Assembly (NCBI GenBank): GCA_030141605.1
Contig: JAQGDQ010001053.1
Span: 3,402-67,401 of the forward strand
Reading direction: 5' to 3'
Length of the DNA: 64,000 bases
Source: Tubiluchus corallicola
Lineage: Eukaryota; Animalia; Priapulida
Shown here: one piece after another, positions 52,586-64,000 of the stretch
Position numbering within the stretch: the stretch's first letter is position 1
Layout of the letters: every line of letters begins with the position of its first letter
Notes under the pieces: model-generated
Told to the model about the DNA's origin: nothing
What the model saw: only the letters and a program-made list of their open reading frames with translations
Databases searched by the model: none
Position numbers and translations under genes: made by a program

Positions 52586-54654
52586 CTTGCTTCTGGATCT
52601 GACGCCTGCTTAAAACTTTGTCGTTGATCTGTGGCTGTTATAATTTTGTTAATAGGACGGCTGCCTTTTTATAGCAGCCTCAAAAACTGTGCCTGGGAGC
52701 GGGAATTTACCAAAACTTTACTAGTCAATCAACCGATAAGAACGTACGCAGGTGAAATGATAATGAAGACATTAGGAAAAGGTCGGGATAATAATAGTTT
52801 CTTTGGCAAATAGGTCAGAATTATTTGCCTGGGAGTCATTGCGTTCGTTCCTTGTTTTGATATAATGAAATCTTCTCACGCACTGGGCTAGGTCTTTAGG
52901 TCTTTATTTTCATCATAATCTGATCGTAAATGACACTTAACAAACCTGCTTGACTGCTTAAACGCAAAGAGTTCAACGTTAGTGCATTACTTAGCGTAAA
53001 TTCCCGATGTACATGCAGTGAGTGTGTGTACTTATATCAATAAAAGATCAATCAATGATTAATACTAGTGGTAGAGAAGACTAAATAACCTTGACTGTGT
53101 AAAAAACAGTCAGCTCACATTTATTCTAATGTAATTTACACAAAGCTAATGAACAAGCAGTTGCAATCACTTTGTTTAAGCGAATGAGTACAAATACACT
53201 TCTTGAATGCACATCTTAGTGTGGGATCACTTAAGCTTGGTCATGTTGTTGATGGTGGTGGGAGTGGTGTTGCTGCCATTGTTGCTACTGCTGCTGTTGC
53301 TGTCTGTGATGCTGTTTTGTTGCTGTTGCTGTCATTGTTGATTTTGTTGCCACATTTATCTTTGAAAGTTATAGGGTGAATGGGGGCCATTTTGTGTATG
53401 GAAAAAATTTCTCCTTTGGGATAAAAAAGGAAATTTTTTTCAGGGAAACAGGAACGCCAAATGGCAATAACCTGAAGCAGTCAAATAAAATCGCTTCGAC
53501 AGGACTAATTCAATGGTATTAGTTATGTCCAGATTGGATAACCTTTTACCTCACCATGAGGGAAAAACTTTCACTGTGTGTCATAGAGACAAATAGGCCT
53601 GCTTCTGGAATTGAAATGTAGTTGCTTGCAACGCATCAGATGAAAGATCTCCATCAGGCGGACTGTGTGGTATATCTTGAAAGGCGATTAGTTGATCTTT
53701 GATACTTGGTTGCAGATTGACCATGGTATAGTTTGGTAACCAAACAAGGCAAATTCAATAAACTCAAAATGATGGCTTTCAAACAAAAATGCTTACGACA
53801 TTTCACGATCAAACACTGTATATGTTCTTTGCAAAGAATGATTGTCAACTCGTTCTTTTTAAATTTAATTTGATTTTTATACACAATAATATTACCAAAC
53901 TAATATCATTGACTTCATAAATTACCTTTATGAACAAATACTGAATAAAAGGCATAAAAGCGAAGCTCTTACGTACCAACTCCGGTTTAATGCAAACGTA
54001 ATCCATTTTGCGGATTTTGCCCTAGGGAAAAACTTATGTGCTTATTAAAAAGTTAATATTTGCTCTCTGCGAGCTGTCAGGCTCTCATGTGCTAAAGCTA
54101 AAACGGAATGGAAATGGAATTTTTTAGTGTATCGATAATAAACATTTTCGCAGTTACAGCGATTGATATTGATTGTCAAAAGGTCAAAGGTTTAGACGTG
54201 TACCTTGCAAATCATTTATGTACACTTGACAACACCTAGCATTCTAAGCTTTTGTGATAGTAACAGTTTTAACAGCTAGCTAGAGCCTTGCCTTGTTAAT
54301 GTTTTCTTGTTCCCAGGCAAGAGTCTGCTATTAAATCACTCTACTCAAATTAGGCAAAGTCCACTTAAAAGAACAGAAGTAACTAAACTTACAAAGGCAG
54401 ACGGCTTTCATTTACCCACATGTCATGTGACTTGGATAAATCCAGGTAGGTGGCCAGGATGTAAGGAAGGAGCAGTAGTATGCGATGAATGGGCGGCTCC
54501 AGTGGGTACCTCTAGTTTCACTGCAACACTGCAGTAGATGTCACTATTGCAGTGTCTGAAACTGTTTGTAGTGTGGTAGACCTCGTTATTGGCTTCTGTC
54601 TCCATGTGATTTTGATCAAATGTAGAAACGGGCTTGACATCCAGGACTTGCTCC

Positions 54655-56472
54655 CTTCATGCTCATGGATCAGCCACCAGACTAAAAAAACGCTGCTGTT
54701 ATACTTACTGGAAACCCTCCATGTTCTTGGATCAGCCACCAGACTCAAAAAGCCGCTGTTATACTTACTGGAAACCCTCCGTGCTCTTGGATCAGCCACC
54801 AGACTCAAAAGGCTGCTGTTATACTTGCTGGAAACCCTCCATGCTCTTGAATCAGCCACCAGACTCAAAAAACGCTGCTGTTATGCTTACTGGAAGCCCT
54901 CCATGCTCTTGGATCAGCCACCAGACTCAAAAAGCTGCTGTTATACTTACTGGAAACCCTCCGTGCTCTTGGATCAGCCACCAGACTTAAAAGGCTGCTG
55001 TTATACTTACTGGAAACCCTCCATGCTCTTGAATCAGCCACCAGATTCAAAAACGCTGCTGTTATGCTTACTGGAAACCCTTCTTGCTCTTGGATCAGCC
55101 ACCAGACTCAAAAAGCTGCTATTATACTTACTTGAAACCCTCCATGCTCTTGGATCAGCCACCAGACTCAAAAACGCTGCTGTTATGCTTACTGGAAACC
55201 CTCCATGCTCTTGGATCAGCCACCAGACTCAAAAAGCTGCTGTTACACTTACTGGAAACCCTTCATGCTCTTGGATCAGCCACCAGACTCAAAAAGCTGC
55301 TGTTATACTTACTGAAAACCCTCCATGCTCTTGGATCAGCCACCAGATTCAAAAACGCTGCTGTTATGCTTACTGGAAGCCCTCCATGCTCTTGGATCAG
55401 CCACCAGACTCAAAAACGCTGCTGTTATACTCACTAGAAACCCTCCATGCTCTTGGATCAGCCACCAGACTAAAAAAACGCTGCTGTTAAACTTACTAGA
55501 AACCCTCCATGCTCTTGGATCAGCCACCAGACTCAAAAGCGCTGCTGTTATGCTTACTGGAAACCCTCCATGCTCTTGGATCAGCCACCAGACTCAAAAA
55601 CGCTGCTGTTATGCTTACTGGAAGCCCTCCATGCTCTTGGATCAGCCACCAGACTCAAAAAGCTGCTGTTATACTTACTGGAAACCCTCCGTGCTCTTGG
55701 ATCAGCCACCAGATTTAAAAGGCTGCTGTTATACTTACTGGAAACCCTCCATGCTCTTGAATCAGCCACCAGATTCAAAAACGCTGCTGTTATGCTTACT
55801 GGAAACCCTTCTTGCTCTTGGATCAGCCACCAGACTCAAAAAGCTGCTGTTATACTTACTTGAAACCCTCCATGCTCTTGGATCAGCCACCAGATTCAAA
55901 AACGCTGCTGTTATGCTTACTGGAAACCCTTCTTGCTCTTGGATCAGCCACCAGACTCAAAAAGCTGCTGTTATACTTACTTGAAACCCTCCATGCTCTT
56001 GGATCAGCCACCAGACTCAAAAACGCTGCTGTTATGCTTACTGGAAACCCTCCATGCTCTTGGATCAGCCACCAGACTCAAAAAGCTGCTGTTACACTTA
56101 CTGGAAACCCTTCATGCTCTTGGATCAGCCACCAGACTCAAAAAGCTGCTGTTATACTTACTGAAAACCCTCCATGCTCTTGGATCAGCCACCAGATTCA
56201 AAAACGCTGCTGTTATGCTTACTGGAAGCCCTCCATGCTCTTGGATCAGCCACCAGACTCAAAAACGCTGCTGTTATACTCACTAGAAACCCTCCATGCT
56301 CTTGGATCAGCCACCAGACTAAAAAAACGCTGCTGTTATACTTACTAGAAACCCTCCATGCTCTTGGATCAGCCACCAGACTCAAAAGCGCTGCTGTTAT
56401 GCTTACTGGAAACCCTCCATGCTCTTGGATCAGCCACCAGACTCAAAAACGCTGCTGTTATACTTACTGGAA
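54655..56472. repeat. 60/61-bp minisatellite, about 30 copies
   Basis: Same unit as 25496-25858, expanded, with recurring variant blocks. Confidence 0.97.
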
Positions 56473-56771
56473 ATGCAGTTTTGCCTGCAACTGAAAATAT
56501 TGCCTATGCGTAATGGAGTTTAGTAAATTCTTCTGAATCTAAATTAATGCCAAGACCAAGTCCTATTTCAATTAATTGCTCCATATTCATACTAGAAATT
56601 TCATTAAGCGTATACCACAATGGCACTTGTTCTGATGCATCTGGTAGTTTGGAAATTACATGGTACTCACACACTGAAAGCTAATTAATTTTATTTTATT
56701 TACAGAATTTTTTAATGATACAGTTCACAATGCTTTAAAACTCTGTTATTTAATAGCTCCTTGAATACTGA

Positions 56772-57105
56772 AGACTAGCACCATCTAGTGGCTGATCTTG
56801 TAGTAATATGTAGTGCAATATATCAATTTTTTAGAATGCTGTTTAGTGGCACCACCTAGTGTCTGACTTTGTAGTAGTTGTAGTAATCTGCTGTGGAGCA
56901 TCAGTGCTTTAATTGAATTGCTAATTGTTGGCGCCATCTAGTGGGTAATTTTGTAGTAATATGAGATCAGTTATCTCAATTTTTTTTTAATACTGGTGGC
57001 AGGAGCCATCTAGTAGCATACTTTGTAGTAATATGTACTAGAGTATCACAAGTTTACTTGAATTTCTCATTGCTGGCGCTATCAGGTATCCGATTTTACA
57101 GTAAT
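56772..57105 (-). promoter_or_regulatory. Second array of CTCF-like motifs
   Basis: gcaccatctagtggc, gcaccacctagtgtc, gcgccatctagtggg, gagccatctagtagc, gcgctatcagg. Confidence 0.5.
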
Positions 57106-58075
57106 ACTTGGTCAGCTATCTCAATTTTTCTTGAATGGTGAAAGTGGATGTATTACCACTAGTCTAAAACTAAAATACTCAAAGTTGCTTAATGGTTCCT
57201 TAAAAGAGTAAGATATTGATTGAAATTGTCTGACTGAATTGATAACAAGGCAAAATGCAAAAAAATGCGTCACAAAACATCATATTTTTAAGCACGAAAG
57301 TAAAAATCAAAATTTGATCACAAAAACCAGTACAAAAAAGGCTTTAAGAGAACAATAAAACACATTCACATTCATAATTTACACATTCATAAAAGATATA
57401 ATAGTGAAATATTGAGAAACAGAAAAAATCATGTCACGATAAGCAATAATTAAGTCTTCTTCTAATGTCCTCTTAATTTAGTCTCAACGCATTTTGTGAC
57501 TTACACTGTACAATGTAATCCAAAAAATATTTTAGCACTAAGATTTTATATGAATACAAATGTGCAAAATTTATGTAGGCTAAAACAATAATAAAACTAG
57601 CAAATCTGTATCACACTCTGTATCACAAGGTTGTCTACGAATCTGCAAAATTAATGTAGGCCTAAATGTTAGCAAATTCAAAAAATCGGTTTTCAAATTT
57701 AAAAAATGATGTAGACCTACAAGTTAACAAAGCTAACAAATTTGTCTCAAAATCTGCAATATTAATGTAGGCCTAAATGTTAACAAAACTAAGAATCCAG
57801 ACTAAAGAATATGCAAAATTATTAACTACCAAGATACTCATTGAAATCGATCTTAGATCAGCAATCAGAAGTAAATGTCACCTTAAACTTGACCACCCTT
57901 TGTCTCACAAACAAACTGTCTTGAAGCTTTAAAAAAAACCTTCCCCTGCAACTGTAACACAAAACAACAAAATGAGAGATTTTTTTCCATTCCAAATCAA
58001 TTGCTTCTGACACAGTAAATATATTTTATATTAAGCTGTCATCGTACAGATTTCTGAGTTAGTTATTAGATGACT

Positions 58076-58640
58076 TCATCGTTTTCCCTGTTGAAACCTA
58101 GCATCATTTTTATCATAAATGCTGTTCTTGTGTTCAATGTCCCCACGTTTAGCATACAAACTATTCAGATGTTCTATTCCACCTGGAACTGATTTGTTGC
58201 TCTTTGCATAAATGCTGTTATAATGCTCACTTGTACTTGGACCACTATCGTAAATACTGTTCACACGTGCTGAATTTCCACGTTCAGAGTTTACAGTTGT
58301 ATCATACAAGCTGTTAGCTCGCACTGTTGGTTCTTGTTTGTCATCATAAAAGCTTGTAATATCTTCATAAGTTGGCGCAGTTTCAGCAATTCTTGCATTT
58401 GTTCGCTTAGCTTTATTTAGCCTTGCATAGTTACTTTTATCAATGTTAACGTGAGGTATCTCGTGTAAATGATTGTATATATCTGTAGTGTTGTTCCTTT
58501 GATACTCAGGTTGTCCAGATTTGGGATGACCGGTCAAGGATGGATGACTTCCTCGAGCTTCTGACTGACGATATGAAGTTGGACGATCAATGACAGCATC
58601 GTATGTGTTTGTATCATCTGTTCTCTTCTGCACACGAACC
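58076..58640 (-). CDS. CUB receptor B, terminal cytoplasmic exon with many Tyr motifs
   Basis: ttgtttcag|G phase 2, about 187 aa open frame. Motifs TYDAV, IYNHL, SNYARL, TYEDI and five NS[IL]Y[DA]. Confidence 0.85.
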
Positions 58641-59035
58641 CTGAAACAAAGAAATGTGCTAAAATGAAGGAGACAAATCTGGTAAACAAGTCTTGATCAG
58701 TGGTGAGCATTCGATTCGAGCGAGTTTTTTTACTGCTAGCAGAATCTTGTTTGAGAACAAAAAAACGAACTAGGTAAGGTTCTAGCTGGCGATTAAAACA
58801 GTGACTATTATGATAGCAACACAAGTGTGTCGTCAGATAAACTTAACCTTTGACCTATGCATGATCATCATCAATTATGACACTGGGAAAAGACAAGTTA
58901 AAGAAAGAGATTTTCAGAAACAATACTATAATATAATTATGATCATGAACTGCTTGATATGTTGCTATTAGAGGAGCGACGTTCAGCAAAAAAAGCAAAT
59001 AATTAAATAAATTAATTAATTAAAAACTGCTCAAC

Positions 59036-59129
59036 CTTTTGACCTTCCAAAAGTAACAAACCGCTGCAGCGATGCATACAATCAAGATGGAAGTAGGTAC
59101 AATGATGAATATCAACGTTGTCGTTAAAT
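59036..59129 (-). CDS. CUB receptor B, transmembrane exon
   Basis: ttttacag|AT...AAA AG|GTTGAG, phase 1-2. DLTTTLIFIIVPTSILIVCIAAAVCYFWKVKR. Confidence 0.85.
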
Positions 59130-59316
59130 CTGTAAAAAGAAATCAGTCTCATATTGTTCATAGTTTTAGTTTCTAGCTACTAAGCAATGATGTAACGAAC
59201 TCGCTGATGTATAACATAGAAGAAAATTCAGTCTAGAAAAAGGAAAAGCGAAAATTTCTCATTGAAAATGTTGAAAATGTTTCAGATACTTACTTAGGAT
59301 TTGATAGGGATTAGAG

Positions 59317-59638
59317 CAATGGTGGCTCGTGTATAGGTACTGCTGTACTGCAGCACCCCCTGTTTTCACTCATTATTATATGTAATATTCAATATAATAA
59401 GTCGTTTTTCTTTATTTCTTTTTTTATACTTTTGTATTTCATACTTTAGAGTATTCGCACGAAAACAATATTTTTTGTTTAAGATGTTACCAGGTTTATG
59501 TATAAAACTGTTTAATTACAAATTATAATATTAAAATTACATAATTATGTTTGCTTCATTTTACACAGTATTAAAACAACGGCTAATTTTTTTTAATTTT
59601 GCGGCACCCCCACAAATTTTAGCTACGAGCCGTCACTG
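59317..59638. mobile_element. hAT-like MITE
   Basis: Imperfect TIRs caatggtggctcgt / acgagccgtcactg. Degenerate 8-bp TSD gattagag / gagtagat. Confidence 0.6.
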
Positions 59639-59879
59639 GAGTAGATTTTTTATTTTCGTAACCTTGAGAGTGCAACACACGAGTGAGTTGAAAAGTGAAA
59701 TAAAATAATAAAGGAATACAACAAAAAGAGTGCAAATTGAAACAAAGTGATGACAATAATATAAGTAGAACATTACGGCAGAAACACAAAGAACTAAGAT
59801 AGCTGCTCACAAGTGTCTGTTATAAAGTAAAATTTGCTAAAATCAACATGACAGCCGTTTTTTAATTAATTTTCTGTTG

Positions 59880-60040
59880 CCAGCATTTACAGTAGGAGCA
59901 TCATTCACATGTGATGATAGTTTATTCCATAAACTTACAACTCTGTTGCTGAAGAAATGTTTAAACCAAGTAAGTGAGCTTTTTTTTACTTGTAATTTTA
60001 GACGGTGGCCCATTTGACAGGACTTAGTAAGCAACAACAG
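59880..60040 (-). mobile_element. CR1/L2-type LINE 3' remnant
   Basis: GHRLKL...KHFFSNRVVSLWNKL is the typical ORF2 C-terminal motif. Confidence 0.75.
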
Positions 60041-60682
60041 CGTTTATAATTTATAGTCTATCCATCAAAGATGTGAAACATTTGAGTGAATATTAAGGAG
60101 CGTTCAGACCTAGAGATATCTCTTGCAACATGCAGGGGCGTCGTGCACCCAAAAAAAATTGGGGGGGGGGGGGGGGCGACTGTATATAATGGCGGAACTT
60201 AACTGTTTAAAAAACGTATAATTTTGAAAACAATGAACAGTATTTTGCGTGCAAGAAAAACGATTTATTTATTCCCAACTGGCATTTAACTTAAAGCTAT
60301 AGCAACGGAAACTTAATTAAAATTAAAAATTGCTGCCAACATGTTGCACAACTTCTCTCTCAGGGTAGAGTTGCACTGGTGAACGGCTTAGCAACTTCTC
60401 TCGCAGCTTGTTGTGCAATTTCCCAATGAGAATAAAGTTGCACAGTGTGACCCGCCAGCAATATTGGCAATATCCAAGACGGAAAGCAGATGCGTTAACA
60501 CAAGACTAAACTTTCTGATCCTAACATCCCCACGTGTGTCTCAAAACGTACGAAATAAAGTAATTACAGTCAATTATTTACTGTTGAAAACTTGGCCAAT
60601 GTTAGACCTGGGTTTTACTTTCATGCCTAGGTAACAGTGTGTATGTGTTTTAGACTTATATAGAATGATTATACAGAAATAC

Positions 60683-60811
60683 CTGGTCCAGGGCTTTCTG
60701 TGGTTCCAGTTACTAACGCTGTGACTTCAGTTGTTGACTCAGCAGAATTTGTCACAGTCGTTTCTTCTGTAACATCAGTCACTTGTTCTGTAGGTTCACT
60801 TGTAGAAATCA
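60683..60811 (-). CDS. CUB receptor B, second Ser/Thr-rich stalk exon
   Basis: gcctttag|TG...CCA G|GTAT, 129 nt. ISTSEPTEQVTDVTEETTVTNSAESTTEVT... Confidence 0.8.
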
Positions 60812-61081
60812 CTAAAGGCAAAGTACAGAAAACAATAAAGTCTGACCCATGTGAACCACATTACAACAACAAAAAACACAATTCACGTTAATGCACAAGA
60901 AAAGTTTCTTTCGTAAAAAGTTTCTTCATTTAAATAAGCGATAATTTTACAATAGTTTTGTTTATTGACATTGATCTTAGTTAGTTGAAACACAAAACAA
61001 TATACAATACAATGTACATAAAAATTATTCCGCCCACAGAAAAAAGCAACCCAACACCTGGCTATAATGGCGATAAATATT

Positions 61082-61355
61082 GAAACAGTAAAAGAAACAG
61101 TAAAAGAAGCAGTAAAAGAAGCTGTAAAAGAAACAGTAAAAGAAGCAGTAAAAGAAACAGTAAAAGAAGCAGTAAAAGAAACAGTAAAAGAAACAGTGAA
61201 AGAAGCAGTAAAAGAAACAGTAAAGGAAACCGTAAAAGAAGCAGTAAAGGAAACAGTAAAAGAAGCAGTAAAAGAAACAGTAAAAGAAACAGTAAAAGAA
61301 GCAGTAAAAGAAACAGTAAAGGAAACAGTAAAAGAAGCAGTAAAAGAAACAGTAG
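61082..61355. repeat. 12-bp tandem repeat (GTAAAAGAA[A/G]CA)n
   Basis: About 23 copies, intronic. Confidence 0.95.
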
Positions 61356-61619
61356 AGGTTAAATAGTAAATCGTATTAAATTTTACATGACAAAAGTGAG
61401 AATGAAATCAAGGTTCTCATCCTGGTGAACTTTTGGATTTTTGTGTATTTATTTGCTTAAAACTCCATCATTAGTGACAAATTTATCCAGTATTTTTTGT
61501 ACAATGCTGTTACGTTTGGGTGGAGTTACTCAGAAGATGTTTTCACATTAATCACAAGTCATTTCACTTCATTGGTTTTTACCATAAACTCAACAGTAAA
61601 GTACTATATTATCTTATCT

Positions 61620-61673
<54 letters not shown>

Positions 61674-62099
61674 TATATATATATGGGTGTGTGATCTGTA
61701 TTCGTACTTTGATTTGTACACTCTGAGTTAGTTAATTAAATTAAACAGAAAACAACAACAACACTATTTACATACACAAATGTATACACTTACATTTACG
61801 TACGCAAACTACTGATGGTTAATGCAGAGATTTTTACACAATGTTTACATGCAGGTACTAAATAGTGGTTTAGTAACTTATGATTATTTTTATTTCCTCA
61901 TCATTTAGACCTACGTCATATACTCCTTCGATCCGATCACATTGGCATAACCAGGTTCTCTTGTGAAAAATTGGCACTACGTTAATTGTACATAAACGTT
62001 TAAGCTGAGTTTGTTAAAAGGGGGGACATCTAAACAATTCACATTTAACTAAACACTTAAATGTGTTACATTAAATCAGATAATGCTATACACTCTATG

Positions 62100-62535
62100 C
62101 ACTACACTTCATACTATACTCTCTAATGCTTATCCCTCTATACACTACACTCCATACTATACTCTCTAATGCTTATCCCTCTATACACTACACTCCATAC
62201 TATACTGTCTAATGCTTATCCCTCTATACACTACACTCCATACTATACTCTCTAATGCTTATCCCTCTATACACTACACTCCATACTATACTGTCTAATG
62301 CTTGTCCCTCTATACACTACACTTCATACTATACTCTCTAATGCTTATCCCTCTATACACTACACTCCATACTATACTGTCTAATGCTTATCCCTCTATA
62401 CACTACACTCCATACTATACTCTCTAATGCTCATCCCTCTATACACTACACTCCATACTATACTCTCTAATGCTCATCCCTCTATACACTACACTCCATA
62501 CTATACTCTCTAATGCTCATCCCTCTATACACTAC
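62100..62535. repeat. ~42-bp tandem repeat
   Basis: cactacactccatactatactctctaatgcttatccctctata, about 10 copies. Confidence 0.93.
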
Positions 62536-62561
62536 ATTGTGTTTATCATGAGAATAATTGC

Positions 62562-62681
62562 CTGATTCTGTTGCTGAAGATGTCTGTTCAGTTTCTGTTG
62601 AAGATTCTGTTTCAGTGGTTGATGGTAAGTTGGTGGTAATTTCAGTACTAGGAACTGCTGTAGTTTCCGTAACAGGACCCA
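62562..62681 (-). CDS. CUB receptor B, first Ser/Thr-rich stalk exon (GC donor)
   Basis: tgtgatcag|TG GGT CCT...TCA G|GCAAT, 120 nt. GPVTETTAVPSTEITTNLPSTTETESSTETEQTSSATES. Confidence 0.7.
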
Positions 62682-63545
62682 CTGATCACACGGTATGAAA
62701 AACAATAGAGTTTGAAGAAACAAAATTAAAAACGAAAAACAATTAATGAAATAAAAAAGGAAGTAAGAACGAATTATTATGCTCAGTTTTTGTATCGTCA
62801 GACATGTTGACTAAAGATACTGCACTTAAAGGACAAGACAAGGGGTACCTGATGTACGTTTCAGAAAAAGAGTCTTAAAAAATTATATTACTTTATAGCA
62901 ATTTTATGCGCATATCGTACTCGCGTTGAAATAATGCTTTTTTACATTTTAAATCTCCCACAATACTGTTTCAACCACACCATTACGTGACGTCATATAT
63001 GCACAAAGTAAATCAGGTGAAGAAAAGTTAAATGCTAAAATATGTTCCAAAAAAATTCTATATATAATTATGTTACTTGGCATTTCTCAACTAGAAAAAA
63101 ATATTAATTATTTAGAATGTTTTCATCCATTGATAAAATATCGTTGTCTCACCTCCAGGGTGCACCACTCACCAACCAAAAAACGCATTTTAATCTTATT
63201 GACAAGATACAGTAATTTAAAATTTTACTCAGTTAGTGACGTGTGCGTCACGAATGTTCTGATTATTCTTTCAAGCTTTACACAATGTTATATAATTTTG
63301 TTTCAAATGACGTATCTTCAAAATGGCTGCGTCTAACGGTCATCAAGGGAGTTTAAATTTACGTTTTATACAGCGTTATTGCCGACGTAAGCCCTGTATG
63401 TAAAATAAGCAGTATGTGAGTGGTATAAATTTTCAAAACGAGTTTTCTGAGCTTTATGTAAGTGGGAGGTTTTCTCGTACTTTGACAGCAATGTACAACG
63501 AAAAAGCTGGAGTGAAAATTAGAAAGTTGGTTTCGACTTTCTTAC

Positions 63546-63941
63546 CTTGATAGTGAATGAAAAATCCTCGACCTTCATTTAAACTTGCAAAGGAACCAGA
63601 ATTTTCTGTTACAATAAACTCAACTGTGAAAGTGTCACCTCCATCAAAGGAATAACCATCCAAGGTTTTATTATCACAGAATTTCTGAGTGTTATTATTT
63701 ATCTGTAGGTATGAATTAGGGCAGTTTGCATTGTCATTGTTTTCAAGTTCGAAATGATAGGCAGTCAATATCCCATTGGTAACATCGTTCTCTCTCATGG
63801 TAAGCCACCACAAACAGTTATATTCACCCGTTGGATATGAACTAGGATAGTTTGGGCTCTGTAGATAACCTGAAGTGTGACTTAGATTCATGTGATGGTT
63901 TTCTACTTCTCCAACTGCAGTGCAGCGACTGATTTCATCTT
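63546..63941 (-). CDS. CUB receptor B, CUB-domain exon
   Basis: 396 nt, phase 1-1. Differs from the copy-A exon at about 5 of 132 residues. Confidence 0.92.
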
Positions 63942-64000
63942 CTGTGAAAAATGTAAGAAAACTGTTTTGTTAACCTATTAATATATAAAAACGCAACAAT

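Noticed and set aside
54552-56494. Long ORFs (up to 312 aa) and a CRISPR-like appearance in the 60/61-bp array
   Set aside because: The ORFs are by-products of a tandem repeat with mixed unit lengths. There are no unique spacers or cas genes, and the context is eukaryotic.
61067-61366. 99-aa VKET/VKEA repeat ORF
   Set aside because: A 12-bp intronic minisatellite antisense to receptor B, with no unique coding flanks.

Overview
AT-rich metazoan (invertebrate-type) genomic DNA with spliceosomal introns and one 211-N gap. The window is a mosaic, segmentally duplicated cluster of innate-immune-type genes, almost all on the minus strand. (1) Two paralogous Ig-superfamily genes (V-set + split C2-type + third Ig). 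Copy B (34.5-52.6 kb) has a TATA box, a signal-peptide exon and three phase-1/1 exons encoding six-Cys beta-defensin-like modules in front of the Ig domains. Copy A (2.8-11.1 kb) has lost the signal-exon splice donor by a 42-bp deletion and lacks these modules. (2) Two type-I membrane receptors with a nearly identical CUB exon (copy A also shows a SUEL/rhamnose-lectin-like exon) but unrelated TM exons and different Tyr-motif-rich tails. (3) A plus-strand secreted colipase/prokineticin-fold gene. (4) The 3' half of a C1q-domain gene. Introns and spacers hold a Gypsy 3' end plus LTR, an internally deleted 2A-like APE LINE, two Helitrons, hAT MITEs, several minisatellites and two arrays of CTCF-like motifs. 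All gene models were built by eye from splice signals and reading phase. No expression or database evidence was available.
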